Shown: piece by piece, positions 26,820 through 39,500 of the stretch
How the letters are laid out: every line of letters starts with the position of its first letter
Numbering within the stretch: the stretch's first letter is position 1
NCBI RefSeq assembly: GCF_000315625.1
Contig: NW_005434643.1
Coordinates: forward strand, 190,212-254,211
Length of the DNA stretch: 64,000 nucleotides
Direction: 5' to 3'
Source of the DNA: Guillardia theta CCMP2712
Taxonomy: Eukaryota > Protista > Cryptophyta
Program-made: the position numbers and the translations under genes
The notes under the pieces: generated by a model
Seen by the model: the letters and a program-made list of their open reading frames with translations, nothing else
The model's database searches: none
Told to the model about the DNA's origin: nothing

Positions 26820-27330
26820 GCAGTGCGGCGGCCGGGGCCGGCCGCCACCGGTGGCCGGGCCCCCCGTGACGGACGGTGGTCCCGGGCCGTTCCGATCAGT
26901 TCCGGCATCGTCATGTACCGTAGTACACACTTTTGAGTAAAGGCACGACCCGGGGGGGGGGGGGGGGGGGGCGCGGCCGCCGGCCCCTACGGGTACGGTG
27001 CCGCCCGGTTTTTCGCGCCGTACCCGCCGCCCGGCGCAACAGGCCGGGCTCCGAGGCTCCGGCGGCCGGCCTGGCAGTCACGGGCAGTCACAGTCACCGC
27101 CGGCCCGGTCACCGGCCGCCGGGCCGGGCTGCTCGACTCCCGTCGCCGGGGCCGCTCGGAGCCTCGGTTTCCGGGAGCCCGGCCGCCTGCCCGGCGCGGC
27201 GCCGCGCGGCCGCCGCCAGCCGGCCCAGCCGGCACTGCGGGCTGACTCAGTGAGTCTGTCCGACTCGGAGGCTGAGTCCGCCTCTGCAGTGCCGGGCGCC
27301 TTTCTGGGCGCCTTCAGGGGCGCCTTTCAA
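26820..27330. other. GC-rich intergenic island with a TACCC-rich flank (26570-26800)
   Basis: GC/CpG rise, poly-G run, TTTGAGTAAAG at 26932. Confidence 0.65.
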
Positions 27331-28154
27331 TCGGTGGAATATGAGCGGGGATGAGGGATACGTGAGCAGCAGCGGCGGGAGCGGCTGTATGGGCATGGAG
27401 GCAGAGTGAGGAGAAGGGCATGGCCTGGTGGACACGTTAGCAGAAGCAAAGAAGAGAGGGAGAGGTTGTGTGAACTAAGGAATGGAAAAGAGCGGTCCAT
27501 CTCAAACATCGTAGCTTCAGTACTAACAGCCCCTTGAACAGTGAGGCTTATCGCAATGAGCGGTTTAGTGCTCAAGTAGGTGCGAGGTCATCACATCGCG
27601 TGAGAGGACGGGAGAAGAAGCAACCTATACCATATTGATGAAGTTAAAAAGTCAAAGACGAGGGTAGCAAAGGCGTACAAGACTACCTGTATCATCTCCT
27701 CGCTTGTGCGCTCTTGAGTGAGGAACGGATGAATGACGACCGGGACTATGTCGATGATTTGATTTTTGATTGGAGAACGATTCTGTGAAGGCTCTTCATT
27801 CTGTGAAATATCACTGTAGCTGATCCATGAATGTTATTGTGTGGATGCTTATGGTTCAATCTTACTCTAATGATGCAAGTTTGGATGTGAACATAAGTTG
27901 TAGTTGTTGTTTCTGAAATATGTGGTATCCAGAAATTTGGAGCAGATGTTTCCTGGTTATCACGACTTGAGGCTTGTCTGAAGACGTTGTCTGGAAAGAT
28001 CAGGTTGTGCAGAAACAGCTGAGTGTTGAAATCTTTCAATCCCTGCTCTCTGAGGCTCAACGGTTAGCTTAACGGTAAGCTTGTGCCAAGCCGGTTCGAT
28101 CTTCAAGGCAAGAATTGCATCTGAGCTATCATTTCATAAAAGAAACCGAACAGA

Positions 28155-29814
28155 ATGGGTGAGGCGTCGAAAAAGAAGGAGATTTTTACGTATGAAGCTC
28201 CATGGGAGATCTACGGAATGAGCTGGAGTGTTCGTCCTGATAAGCGATTTAGAATAGCAGTTGGCAGCTTCATCGAAGAATATAGCAACAAAGTTCAGGT
28301 GAAGATTATTCGCGCCGTGAAAGCTTTTCCTCTGATGGTCATTTCATCCAGATTATTCAATTGAACGAGAACAAAGGTCAATTTCAGGAGACGGCAATTT
28401 TTGATCATCCATACCCAACAACCAAGGTTCTACATGAGAGGATCAAAATGAATGTAATGTTTGTTTAGATCATGTGGATCCCAGACAAAGTTGGAACCCA
28501 AAAGGATCTGCTTGCAACTACTGGGGATTACCTGAGATTGTAAGGATTGAGGAGGTTCTTGGGCAGGAGATCTGTTGACCTTTTGATAGATGGGAAGTTC
28601 AATCCGGCGCGTCTTCTAGCAATTCTTCTGTGGCCATGAAGAAGCTCCTGAATAATGTAAGAGCGATGACTTCGGATGATGTCAATTGCTTGCCGGAAAT
28701 TGTCGCCTAATGTCTTGGCAACTTCCTTCGCTACGTTTGACTGTGGGATGTTGCCAGAATAAGAACAGTGAATTTTGTGCTCCATTGACTTCGTTCGACT
28801 GGAACGATACGGATCCGTCCATCATCGGCACCTCTTCTATCGACACGACATGCACGAGTATGCCGAATTCGCTTGTTTCAAGCATTGGTGTTCACAGCGT
28901 GTGTTCAGTTTGGAACATCGAGACCGGACAAGCTAAGACACAGTTGATAGGTATCTTCTTCTTCATTGCATAGCGATGATGGATAACGATGACCTCTTGA
29001 AAGCTCACGACAAAGAAGTCTATGACATCGCATTTGCATGCGGCACAGAAGTGTTCGCGTCTGTTGGTGCTGACGGCTCTGTCCGTCTGTTTGATCTCAG
29101 GTGTTGGATGTACTAAATCTCCTCACTTCGATCTCACGGTGTGGCTTGCAGGAGCTTGGAACACTCTACAATCATTTACGAAAGCTCAACTCCACCAGAT
29201 GCGCCCCCTCTGCTCCGTCTGGCTTGGAACAAACAAGTACTTTCATTCTGACTCTACTTCATGGTATTATCTTGACAAATGTCTCAGGATACGAATTATC
29301 TTGCCACTTTCATGATGGACAATACATCAGTGGTCATTTTGGACATCCGGTCGGCCTAGGTGTGTAGATTCGGTGGTTGTACTGATGTTTTTGCATCAGA
29401 GTTCCTTCGCTCCCTGTCGCGGAGCTCCAAGGACATGAGCAGAGTGTCAACGCTATCGCGTGGGCACCGCATTCCCACTGCCACATCTGCTCGGGTACCT
29501 CGTCTGTTCGTCTGAGGGTGTATTAGTGACTCCAATGTAGCCGGCGATGATGCACATGCCTTGATCTGGGACCTGCAAGCGCTTCCTCGAGCCATTGAAG
29601 GTGGCAATAGCCTTGGACGCTATCGGCCGTGTGGCTGACATTTCTCACAGATCCTATCCTTGCTTACAAGGCCATGGGTGAGATCAATCAACTTCAGGTC
29701 TTGCCGGCTCTTCTCTCCTTCTCCTTACTGAGCTTGCTGTTGCAGTGGTCTGCCTCTCAGCCGGATTGGGTTGCCATCGGTTTCGGACAACAGATGCAGA
29801 TCCTCAGAGTCTGA
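28155..29814 (+). CDS. DCAF7: DDB1- and CUL4-associated factor 7 (WDR68/AN11/TTG1 family WD40 protein), multi-exon
   Basis: [87 protein letters not shown]. Confidence 0.95.
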
Positions 29815-29928
29815 CGGAGAGTCACTGAACTCCTGTGCACATGCTCGGACACCCGGAAAGATGACATAGACATCGAGAGTGAGAGTGTCCAGAACGATGA
29901 AGCTAATGCCCTATCTCTCCGTATTGGT

Positions 29929-30699
29929 TCATGTCTCCCTGGTAGCATGAAGCACTAGGACTCCTCGCCTCTCACCGCAGGTCTTGTCGACTGTGTCCAT
30001 GGCATTGTAGAGTCTCTTGATCTCTATCCAGAAAGGATGCGTGAACATCCATACGTCAAGTATGAGCACGCGATCTGTCTCAGGGTCCATCGCTGCTGCA
30101 GGGGAGAAGTGACCTCCCCACCAGTGACCTTGACCCGCCACCGCCATGCTGTAGTTGCAGATGACAGCGCTGGTGGCTGACGCCCTTGGGCATGCCAGGT
30201 GTTGGGTGAGTAGAGATCGGAGAGAATCTTCATCTGTCAAGCGGACGACCTCCGACGCGATGGGTGCGGCCATGGTGCTCTTCTTCACCTCCATGGTCAC
30301 CTCGGAGAGCTCCGCCAACGTCATCCCACGGCTGTGGATCTCACTCACACGAGAGCAAGAGCTCTGGTTGATCACCGCCTCGATGTCGCCTTCAGTGATC
30401 GACACCGACTTGTGCCCCAGCAGGTAGTCGAGCGAGATGCTGAGAGACGCCAGGCCGCAGGTCCTCAAGTGAACTTGCTTCCTGAACAAGGGGAACATTC
30501 GAGTAGCTAGTGACATCCCGCTTGCCGCGGCATGCTCTAGCATGGCGGTGCTCTCCGAAGTATTACCGTGTAAAATCAATTCCTGCTCTGTTTCCGCAAG
30601 CATCTTATCCCCCTCTTGTGCTGAGCATCCTACTTTCTTACAGATCTCCTGCACAACAAGCGATCGCCGCGGGGGCTCCCAAGGATCGCGGGATGGCAT
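29929..30699 (-). CDS. phytochelatin synthase-like catalytic domain; 5' exons probably further upstream
   Basis: FRKQVHLRTCGLASL (Gln/Cys), GMTLAEL, GGHFSP (His), DRVLILDV (Asp), FWIEIKRLYNAMDTVD..RRG. Confidence 0.85.
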   Translation of the reverse strand: MPSRDPWEPPRRSLVVQEICKKVGCSAQEGDKMLAETEQELILHGNTSESTAMLEHAAASGMSLATRMFPLFRKQVHLRTCGLASLSISLDYLLGHKSVSITEGDIEAVINQSSCSRVSEIHSRGMTLAELSEVTMEVKKSTMAAPIASEVVRLTDEDSLRSLLTQHLACPRASATSAVICNYSMAVAGQGHWWGGHFSPAAAMDPETDRVLILDVWMFTHPFWIEIKRLYNAMDTVDKTCGERRGVLVLHATRET

Positions 30700-31795
30700 C
30701 AAGATCCAGGATCAAACAGCACAAGGTCTCTGTCCCCTTGTCCCCTTGTCTCTCTGTCTCTCTGGTTCCCTTCCGCCCCTCCCCATCCCTTCCCTCCTTC
30801 TCTTCTTCCCTCTCTCCCTCTGTCCTTGTAAAAGTTTTTCTGCTTGTACCCCCCATAAATGTTGACAAGCCCACCTCAGAGGGTCGAAGCGACAGCAATG
30901 CATCAGGCGAAGGGAGGATGGAGAGACGAGGGGAGAGAAGAATGAGAGAGACGAGGGGAGGTGGAGAGGAGTAAGACAGCAGGAACGGAACTTGTAGCTG
31001 GCAGGGAGTGATTTGAGAGACGGTTTGGTGAGAAGATATTCATCTGGCACTTGAGAAAACTAGATGAAACCTAGCCGAGAGTATTCGAAGTTTGCCTCTT
31101 TGCTGCAACATCGCAGTCATGTAAATGATGACCAGTTCGAATCTCCTCAAGGAACATTGTATCAATGCGCTCAACACCGACTCTCCCTCTTCGCTGTGAC
31201 TCGCTCTGACTCGTTGGAACTACTCAGGCAGGATGTTTGGCTCCCTGATGATCACTTGCAACCCTGCTGTCAAGGTTGCTGGGGTTGTCTGCGAGGACAA
31301 GACCAAGTTCGATCGCAGTGACGACAGGACCGGATAGGTTGCCATGTCAGAGGGCGAGCATGGGAGGTAGCAGCAGACATTATACCTGCAGTGAGAGCTG
31401 TGTGTACTGATCTGTGTTGATGTACAAAAGCTGGTTTATACGCCTCCACCTGCTGCATCAGTTCGACTTGTCCGCCATCCTTGCTCTTTCGACTTTCATC
31501 TCTCTCACACAAACAACTTGTACTACCAGCATATGAGGGAGTGAGACGTGAATGGTCGATGCCCAACCCTCGACAAGGATCTCGACACGTTGGGCTAGGA
31601 TTGGTAGAGTTGAGTGGAAATGAGACAAGCATTTGAGATTAGTAGGGCCATAAATGGGTGAGAGGAGAAGAGGCGATTCAAGCAGAAGCAAGGAGTGCAG
31701 AAGAAGAGAAGAGTGCAGAGGAGATCGGAAGTGTGATGTGACGTAAAGTGTGATGTGACGTAATGTGATGGGATGTGTGATGTGACGTGACTTAA

Positions 31796-31892
31796 TGGGA
31801 TGGGATGGGATGGGATGGGATGGGATGGGATGGGATGGGATGGGATGGGATGGGATGGGATGGGATGGGATGGGATGGGATGGGATGGGATG
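31796..31892. repeat. (TGGGA)n microsatellite
   Basis: Direct tandem repeat. Confidence 0.95.
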
Positions 31893-32257
31893 AAACATGA
31901 TGTGATCTCATGTGTGTTGAGGCGACAAGACGACAAGCATCATCTGCTCGACTTCTCTCGCTCACCCAGCAAGGTCAAGACGATAAAGCTGGGGTACATG
32001 GAAGGGTGGGGTCTGACCATGGGTAGTATTCATGCCTGGGGTTCTATCAGTACCCTACTGAACCTCAAGGAAAATATCCGGTGGTCCGGATGAATGGCCT
32101 TTTGCTGTGGGGTGGGTTCTCCTGAAATGAGAATGGGGTGTTCGGCGGGTGGGGTAGTGTACCATGGGTGGATCTCAGAGAGATGGAGAGGAGAGAGAGA
32201 GTGAGTGAGAGAGAGAGAGAGGAGAGCGAGAGAGGAGGGGAGAGAGAGAGAGAGGAG

Positions 32258-32308
<51 letters not shown>

Positions 32309-32744
32309 NNNNNNNNNNNNNNNNNNNNNNNNNNNNNNNNNNNNNNNNNNNNNNNNNNNNNNNNNNNNNNNNNNNNNNNNNNNNNNNNNNNNNNNNNNNN
32401 NNNNNNNNGAGAGAGAGGAGGGGGAAGAGAAGGCGTGAGGGGGGGGGATGAGAAGAGATTTCACACAAGTAAGGGAGAGGAGGGAAGGAAGGGGGGTGAG
32501 AAGGGAAGGAGAGGCACGAAAAAAAATGTGCAGGAGTGACGAGAAGAAGAGAGTGGAGCGTTTGAGGGATAGAGGTAAAGATGATGAGCTTTTTCAAGAG
32601 ACTGCGTTAAAAGCAAACACAACGAGGGCAAAACTATTTCATCACTCGCTGATGGATCGATTGACGTTTTCTATGGCAGTCAGGTGCATGTAGACGAGGG
32701 CGCGGGAGGATCATTGAAGCTCTCCTTATTAGCTGAGACTTGAG

Positions 32745-35700
32745 ATGCCTCAAGAAGAAGGTCAGCAGGCGGATGGCAGCTACAGGCTGCGAAGACTCTT
32801 CTACGACATCAGCAACGTGATTGAAAAGTACGAGTATCGCAACGCCAACACGTTCTTGTCTTGGATTCTCAACTGCTCTACTGGAAACATTCTGCAACTT
32901 TTTTGTGCCTTGTTCCTGAGCCTATCAGGGCCTGTCTTCAAGCACGAGGGAGTAGGTGTCTTCTTCGATGGCCTGACGCTCCTGATCTCCCTCATCCTCC
33001 TGCTCTGGCTGCATCATGCCTCGGTGCTGCGGCACGAGATGTTCTTGAGCTGGCGAGTCAAGGTCTTTCTGAATCGCGTCTCGAAGCTCATGTCGTATCC
33101 TTCCTTGGGATCCATCTTTCACATGCTCGACAACTCGGTCTGGCTGCAGACCTCTCGCACCATCTCGACTGTGCTGGTCTACAACGAGGACGGAAGCACC
33201 AAGATCATACCCAGCCAGCTGCTGCTGAGTGGCGATCGGATCGAAACGCCTCCGGACATGACGCTGCTGAGCGATCACTGCGAGAAGCATGATGGCAACG
33301 ACAGTATCGTCAAGGATACTCCGACAGCGTCTAAACTGGATGACATTCTGAGTAAGAACAGAAGGCCTGACACGTTGTTCGAGAGGCAGACCAGGACCGT
33401 CAAGACGGTCGTTGGTTACACACTCATCGGGTCACTCCTCGCTTCCTTCTTGTCCTCTATCCTCCTATTTGCCATCGACCCCCGTGCTTCGGAGGATCTG
33501 TTTGATATCTTCGTCGTGAGGCATGTGAATGTCTGCCTGCCGCTGCTCCCGCTCTCCATCTTCTTGACTTCCCTTGTTCTCAAAGTGGCATGCAACGCCT
33601 TCATCTCTGCTAAGATCGAGCTCCTGCAGAAGAACACAGAAGACATGAACCGGGAGAAGTTCTCGTCCCGAGAACGTCGTCTCAGCGTGGAGGAAGAGCC
33701 TCCAGTTTCGTCGGGGAGGAAGAGTTGGCTCGGGCGGCTCAAGGGCATGGTCGGGTTGAAGAAGCAAGGGAACAACAACGACGACATCCCAATGATGGGA
33801 GGAGGCAGCCGGCAGTGGCAGAAGTTCGATGCGGGCAGCATTGACAGTCAGCTATCATGGAGGATGGTCTTCAACTACTTCCTTCAGAGGATCCGCAAAC
33901 CTTCGACCCACATTGAGAACCAGAGCATCATTCCCATCGTCAACCCTTGTGCCGATGTTGTCGAGACTCTAGGGAGCGCGACTGTGCTGGCGTTTCCGGA
34001 TGTGGATGGGATTCTGTCGGAGCCACTACTGTCCCCGAAGCAGATCTTCCTACTGACCTCCGAGGCCAAGACGAGTGGGACTGAGACGAAGACCAACGTC
34101 AAGATTATCGAGCTGCTCGCCTCAGACGATCGCTCGGCGTTGGGGGCCAGCAGCTTCGAGGACGCGGCGGCTGTTCGAAACTTTCTCTCCCAGCTGAAGC
34201 CCTTGGGCCTGAACTGTCTGCTCAACACAAACGCGCACGACGATGACTACTCCATGTTTGTTGAGCGAGTGCTGCGAGAGCGAGCGCAGGCGAGGACGAG
34301 GACGAGCTTGAGAGAGCATGTGCGGAGCGAAGCTTACGGTGACTTTGTCTCCTGTGACACAGCAGACGCGTCGTACCTGCTGGCCGGCGTGATCGGCTTC
34401 TCGGAAGCAGTGGCCTCGTCGTTCTCACGTCTCATGGAGCTTCAGGTGCTCATTCAGCCTCCTCCGACCAACATCAGCGAGTCAGAGAAGAAGATCTCTA
34501 GACTGGCAAGCTACGAGTCCACGGAAAAGGTCAAGACGGAGCGGCACGTCATGTCAGTGGTGGTGGAGGATTCACAGCAGAAGCTGCAGCTGTTCAGCAA
34601 GGGCGACGTTGACTTCATCATGAAGCGGTGCAACCAGATATGGGACGGGCAGGAGCTTCGAGCCATGACGGACCGAGACGTCTCCCTAATCTCCCATCAC
34701 TGCTCTGAGTGTTACCAGAAGCACTACCGATGCATCGCTCTGTCCTACGTCTCTCTGGATGAGGACAAACGTTCTCTCCTCCTCGAGTCCTCGCAGTCCG
34801 GCCGCTGTGTCTTCTTGGAGTCGGATGGAGACAGTCAGCTGACCCTCATAGGAGCGACTGACTGGCAGCTGGACCGTCAGCTGACCCCGCGCGAGGCGTT
34901 CAACCTCTCGCGTCCCAAGTCTCAGCCGTCGCAGGCGCTCAAGGGGATGGAGGAGCTGATAGACCATCAGATCTTCATCGGCATGCTCATCCTCCGCTTC
35001 CGGCCCCTTCCCGAGATCACCGACGCCATCGACATCCTCTCTGACGCCGGCATCCGCTTCGTGCTCTTCTCCGACATGCCCGAGTCAGCGACCGTCGCCT
35101 TCGGGAACCAGCTGGGCTTGTGGTCGGACTGGAACTGCTGCATCAGCCTGCGAGACCTTCCTCCTCCTATGCTCAGCAGGCCCCCCTCACCTCCTGGCAG
35201 CGGCATCAGCGCCAAGTCAGCGGGGCGGACAAACTACTCGCACCCTGACTCGCAGCAGGGGCCTCGCCTTCCGCACGGGATCAAGGCCATTCGCAAGCAC
35301 ATCCTCGAGGCCGACGACGTTCCTCTCCGCGTCTCGATGTTCTGCGACTCCTCGCCTGACACCATGGCGTCTATGATAGAGATCCTGCAGGAGAACGGAG
35401 AGCTGGTCATGTGCTGCGGGAGCACCAAGAACATTCACAACATGCACCTCTTCGCCTCAGCAGACGTCTCGATGGCTGTCGACCCGCTTCCTGCAACCCG
35501 AGGCAGAGACGTCGTCTCCTTCTACGACTCCGACGCGGACGACCGGGTGCTCATCGACGCTCAGCTGGCGTCAGAGATCACGTCTGTGCCATGTGCGCTT
35601 CACTTCGGGCGCTACTGGAACATCATGAACATCCTTGAGATCGTAAGCACTTCCCGCATGCTCCTCGACGCCATGAGGCAAGCGTCACTCTTTGCCGTGC

Positions 35701-36494
35701 ACGTTTCTCTCCTCCTCATGTCAATCTCGCTCATCGGGAACTGCCTGCTGCTCCCCGAGGTCATTCATCCTGCGCAAGTGATCTGCATCCTCGTCACCAT
35801 CAGCCCTTGTCTTCTCGTCGCCATCGTCTTCTCCGGCTACAAGATCTCTCGAAACATCAAGGCCGCCAACCCGATGAGGCTCAAGCTCGACACCAAGAAG
35901 GGAAAGCCGGCGATCCATCGCTTCATCTTCTATGCGATCATCCGCTTCCTCCCTACTGCCTGCGTGTGCGTCGGGGCGTTCGTGTCGATGCTCTCCGCCA
36001 GCCTGTCATCCGAGGCGACAGGGGCCCAGGAGTCGCCGCTGCAGAGCATCTGGTCCATCGTTGACTACAAGCTGAGGCCGATGGACGAGCTGGGGGAGCT
36101 CAAGTTCAACACGGCTATTTTCGAGGCCCAGCAGGTTGTCAACATCCTCCTCGTCGTCTTCATGTCGTTCATGGCCATCGGCAGCCTTCACCGCACAGCT
36201 TCTCTCCTCGACCTCTGGCGCCACTGCAAGTTCATCTGGCTGGCGGCATGCGCGGCTGCGGGCCTCATCCAGGCGACGGTGACCAGCATCGCGCTCAGCA
36301 GCTCACACGATGGGGTGAGGCCGACGCTGAGGAGCACTCCTCCTTCCGTCTTCATCCTCGCAACCACGTGGCCCCTCGTCATCATCGCCATCGACGAGGC
36401 CCTGCGGCATCACGATCGCAAGAAGTTTCGCAAGCTGCAGCAGAGGCTGACGCTGCAATTCGAGACCCTCCTGGGGCAGACGAGCCCCAAGTGA
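32745..36494 (+). CDS. TMEM94: TMEM94/KIAA0195-like P-type-ATPase-related membrane protein, single ORF of 1249 aa
   Basis: LGSATVLAFPDVDGILSEP, LKPLGLNCLL, QIFIGM, AGIRFVLFS, DWNCCISL, RLPHGIKAIRKHI..DDVPLRV, LQFETLLGQTSP C-terminus. Confidence 0.88.
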   Translation: MPQEEGQQADGSYRLRRLFYDISNVIEKYEYRNANTFLSWILNCSTGNILQLFCALFLSLSGPVFKHEGVGVFFDGLTLLISLILLLWLHHASVLRHEMFLSWRVKVFLNRVSKLMSYPSLGSIFHMLDNSVWLQTSRTISTVLVYNEDGSTKIIPSQLLLSGDRIETPPDMTLLSDHCEKHDGNDSIVKDTPTASKLDDILSKNRRPDTLFERQTRTVKTVVGYTLIGSLLASFLSSILLFAIDPRASEDLFDIFVVRHVNVCLPLLPLSIFLTSLVLKVACNAFISAKIELLQKNTEDMNREKFSSRERRLSVEEEPPVSSGRKSWLGRLKGMVGLKKQGNNNDDIPMMGGGSRQWQKFDAGSIDSQLSWRMVFNYFLQRIRKPSTHIENQSIIPIVNPCADVVETLGSATVLAFPDVDGILSEPLLSPKQIFLLTSEAKTSGTETKTNVKIIELLASDDRSALGASSFEDAAAVRNFLSQLKPLGLNCLLNTNAHDDDYSMFVERVLRERAQARTRTSLREHVRSEAYGDFVSCDTADASYLLAGVIGFSEAVASSFSRLMELQVLIQPPPTNISESEKKISRLASYESTEKVKTERHVMSVVVEDSQQKLQLFSKGDVDFIMKRCNQIWDGQELRAMTDRDVSLISHHCSECYQKHYRCIALSYVSLDEDKRSLLLESSQSGRCVFLESDGDSQLTLIGATDWQLDRQLTPREAFNLSRPKSQPSQALKGMEELIDHQIFIGMLILRFRPLPEITDAIDILSDAGIRFVLFSDMPESATVAFGNQLGLWSDWNCCISLRDLPPPMLSRPPSPPGSGISAKSAGRTNYSHPDSQQGPRLPHGIKAIRKHILEADDVPLRVSMFCDSSPDTMASMIEILQENGELVMCCGSTKNIHNMHLFASADVSMAVDPLPATRGRDVVSFYDSDADDRVLIDAQLASEITSVPCALHFGRYWNIMNILEIVSTSRMLLDAMRQASLFAVHVSLLLMSISLIGNCLLLPEVIHPAQVICILVTISPCLLVAIVFSGYKISRNIKAANPMRLKLDTKKGKPAIHRFIFYAIIRFLPTACVCVGAFVSMLSASLSSEATGAQESPLQSIWSIVDYKLRPMDELGELKFNTAIFEAQQVVNILLVVFMSFMAIGSLHRTASLLDLWRHCKFIWLAACAAAGLIQATVTSIALSSSHDGVRPTLRSTPPSVFILATTWPLVIIAIDEALRHHDRKKFRKLQQRLTLQFETLLGQTSPK

Positions 36495-36549
36495 GGGAGA
36501 GAGAGGGGGGAGGCGAGGCAGCAGCGTTTACTCTTATCGGACGTGTGAG

Positions 36550-39500
36550 TCACTTCAACAAGATGTTCTTGAGCGACCATGCCGCAAACCTCTTGGCCTT
36601 GTCTGTCGCGCTCTCGTCCTCCATGAGCTCCTGCAGCGCCTTCCGCGCGGGCTCCTTCCATCCTCCTCCTTCCTCCCTCGCGCTGCTGCAGGTGTTGACG
36701 ATGGCGAGAGCCGCGTACTCTCTGACCTTGGGTCCCAACTGCCTGTTGAGCAAGGCAGTGAGGACAAGCATCCCCTCGTTCGCGTGCACGTCCTGGCAGT
36801 TGCCGACGTGCGAGCAGCAGGCGTTGTTAATGGCAGCGAGCGCGTGCTCGGTAGCTGCCGAGTCCTGAGGCTCATCCGACTGTTCTCTGCGGAGAAAGTC
36901 GAGAAGATGTTTGATCCCCTGCGCCTCATGCAGATCCTGCCGGCTCTCCGGGCAATTCATGCAAGCAGCTCGGATGCAGGCGGCGGCGAACAACCTGATG
37001 TTGACCTCCCGTCGAGCGAGCAGGAGAATCAAAGGCTGCGAGCCCTGCTCGGCAGCAAAGTCAACTCTGCACTCCTCCTCCTGATCCAGCGCTGCCCACA
37101 TCATCTCACACAGGCATGCGAGGGAGGAGGAGTCCTCGACCCGAGCGAGCAGGTCGAGCAGGCGAGGCATCCACTTGTTGCTGTGCACGTCTGACCCGAA
37201 AGTCTTGACGGTCGAGGAGGCAGCATAGAGAAGCTGCGCGATGCTGTCAGGGAAGGTCTGAGCATTTTCCTCGACGAACGTCCTGAAGGCGGGGTGAGGA
37301 TAGAGAGAAGAGACCTCGCTCGAGCTGCGACCAAGTCTCAGGAAGGAGTGAAGGGTGAGATCCTGGTGGCTCTTGTCCATCTTGTAGAAGGTATGCTCAA
37401 GACAGATGAGCATGTTCTCTCTGATTTCAGCATGCCATGGCTTCACTTTCTCTTGAGGGCACAGAGAGGCGGCAAAGACAAGGACGGTAGGGATAAGACT
37501 GCAAGCGTTCTTCTTCTTGAGACGGAGCAGGGAGCTCAGCCCATCATCGCTCTCAGCGAAATCCTGAGCAGACGGAGGATGCTGCAGCGCTGAAATCAAT
37601 AGCTTCCAGTTATCCTCCATGCCTGGATGCTCCAGGTTGCAATGCAGCATGAATCTTGACAGTCGGAGGTGCAGACTAGAGGAGACCACACTTGCCTGAT
37701 GAAAGATGTGCCCGAGAACCAGCTGACCCAACGAGAGGAGCAACCCGTGATTGAGAGTGTCTTGCAACAAGACCGACATGGGAATATGGTCCATCACTTG
37801 AGTCAACTCGGTTCCTCCTTCCCTCAGGAGCATTTCTAGCAAGATCCTAGCCTGCATCCTCACTGTCTGCGAGGGATGAAGAAGATAGCTGAATAGAAGC
37901 GACAGCCACGAGCGTCTGCTGCTTTCTTCCAACAGAAACCCTTCTTTGTGCATGTTGTTCAACAGGCAGAGGAGCGACTCGCACATCTCAGTCTCCGAGA
38001 CATCTCTGCTCTGATCCCCTCTGGGTCTTCCTGACCAGGTCGCTGGTGAGCGTGAATTAGCCAACTCATTCGCTTCGTCTTCTTCTTGGAGGCCGGGAAT
38101 GTGCTCGGGAAGTGAGCCCCAGGTCGTCAAGGTTGGGTGACGCTGGAACCATTCCTCAAGGTCTGTCTGCTGATCGAACATGGGGCGGTGCTTCTCAAGA
38201 CTATCGGCAGCTATCTCGAAGATGTTGCAGCTGTACAGCACCTGGCAGTTCTCATGGTCCTCCTGAGAGATCACTTTGAGGGTCTTGACGACATGTCGAA
38301 AAGTTGCTTGAGATTGCGATTGCTGAGCCAGTCGGAGCAGAGCCTCTGGAATCCTACAGGCTCTTGCTTCAGCCTTGCAGGTCTCGTTGGAATGGCACGC
38401 GTTGCATATCAAGTCGCAGGCTGAGATCGCAAAGGCATGAGACTGCTGTGAATCGTTGCCCTCGCGATCGAAGCTGAGAGTCTCCAGCAGCTCTGAGACG
38501 CAGCGCACGCCTTTAGCAAGGTGAAACGCCTCTTGAACTTCCCCAACATTATACAGATCTTGCCCATAATCCATCATGTCTCTGAGCTTGTGTAGCGCTT
38601 CTTCTTTTTCGAAGAGAAACTTGGAAGACAAGTAAGAAACTAGCTTACTCACTGTAGATAGAAGCGAGTTGGCTACGAGCTTTGCCTTGTGAGTCTCATC
38701 GATCATGCCCTTGAGATCGCTCACGATGTGTGGGAACGTCGGCCTGTCGCTCGCTCGTTTCTTCCAACAGTCTTGGATCATCTTGGTCATGCTTGGCGTG
38801 CATGACCCCATGGTCGGTCGCTTATCTAGAGACAAGACCGCGTGAACTACTGCATCGACTTCGTTCCCGTCATACGGGCGTTCCGACGCGATCATTTCAT
38901 TCAGCAGAATCGCGAAGGCGTAGACATCGACCGGAAAGCTGTAGGGTTGACGGGCAAGGATCTCTGGTGCCATGTAAGGAACCGTTCCCGTCAGCCCCTC
39001 CTCTGACACCCCAGTCTTCACTAAAGTCTTGGCGAGACCGAAGTCGGCTATTCTTGCTCCTAGCCCTTTATCGATCAAGATGTTCTGCGGCTTCAAGTCC
39101 CGGTGAAGAATGTCTCTATGATGCAAGAATCGCATTCCCAGCGCGACGTCTTGAGCTATACTGAGCACTTGCCCGTATGTGATGGCAGCTTTTTGAACGT
39201 GTAAGACATTATCCAACGAGCCATGAGAGTAGAAATCGAGGACTATGCAGGGGGGAGAAGCACAAACCCCCAAGAACCTCACGATCTTGCTGTGCGAAAG
39301 GTCTGCCAGCAACCGCAACTCCTTGAGGAATTCTTTGGTTGAAGAGCCAGAAAGGTCAGCAGAACCATTCTGTTCGTTGAGGGTTTTGAGCGCCACTGGT
39401 GATCCCAGCCACTCTCCGAGTGTCACCTTGAACATAGATATGAGAGGGAAATCATTACGCGCTCAGACTTACCTCACCAAAGCTCCCTGCGCCTAATCTT

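Noticed and set aside
27330-28060. Possible minus-strand hypothetical gene
   Set aside because: Only short fragments, no recognisable motif or convincing model
20108-30702. GST plus phytochelatin synthase as a glutathione gene cluster
   Set aside because: About 9 kb apart and separated by unrelated housekeeping genes
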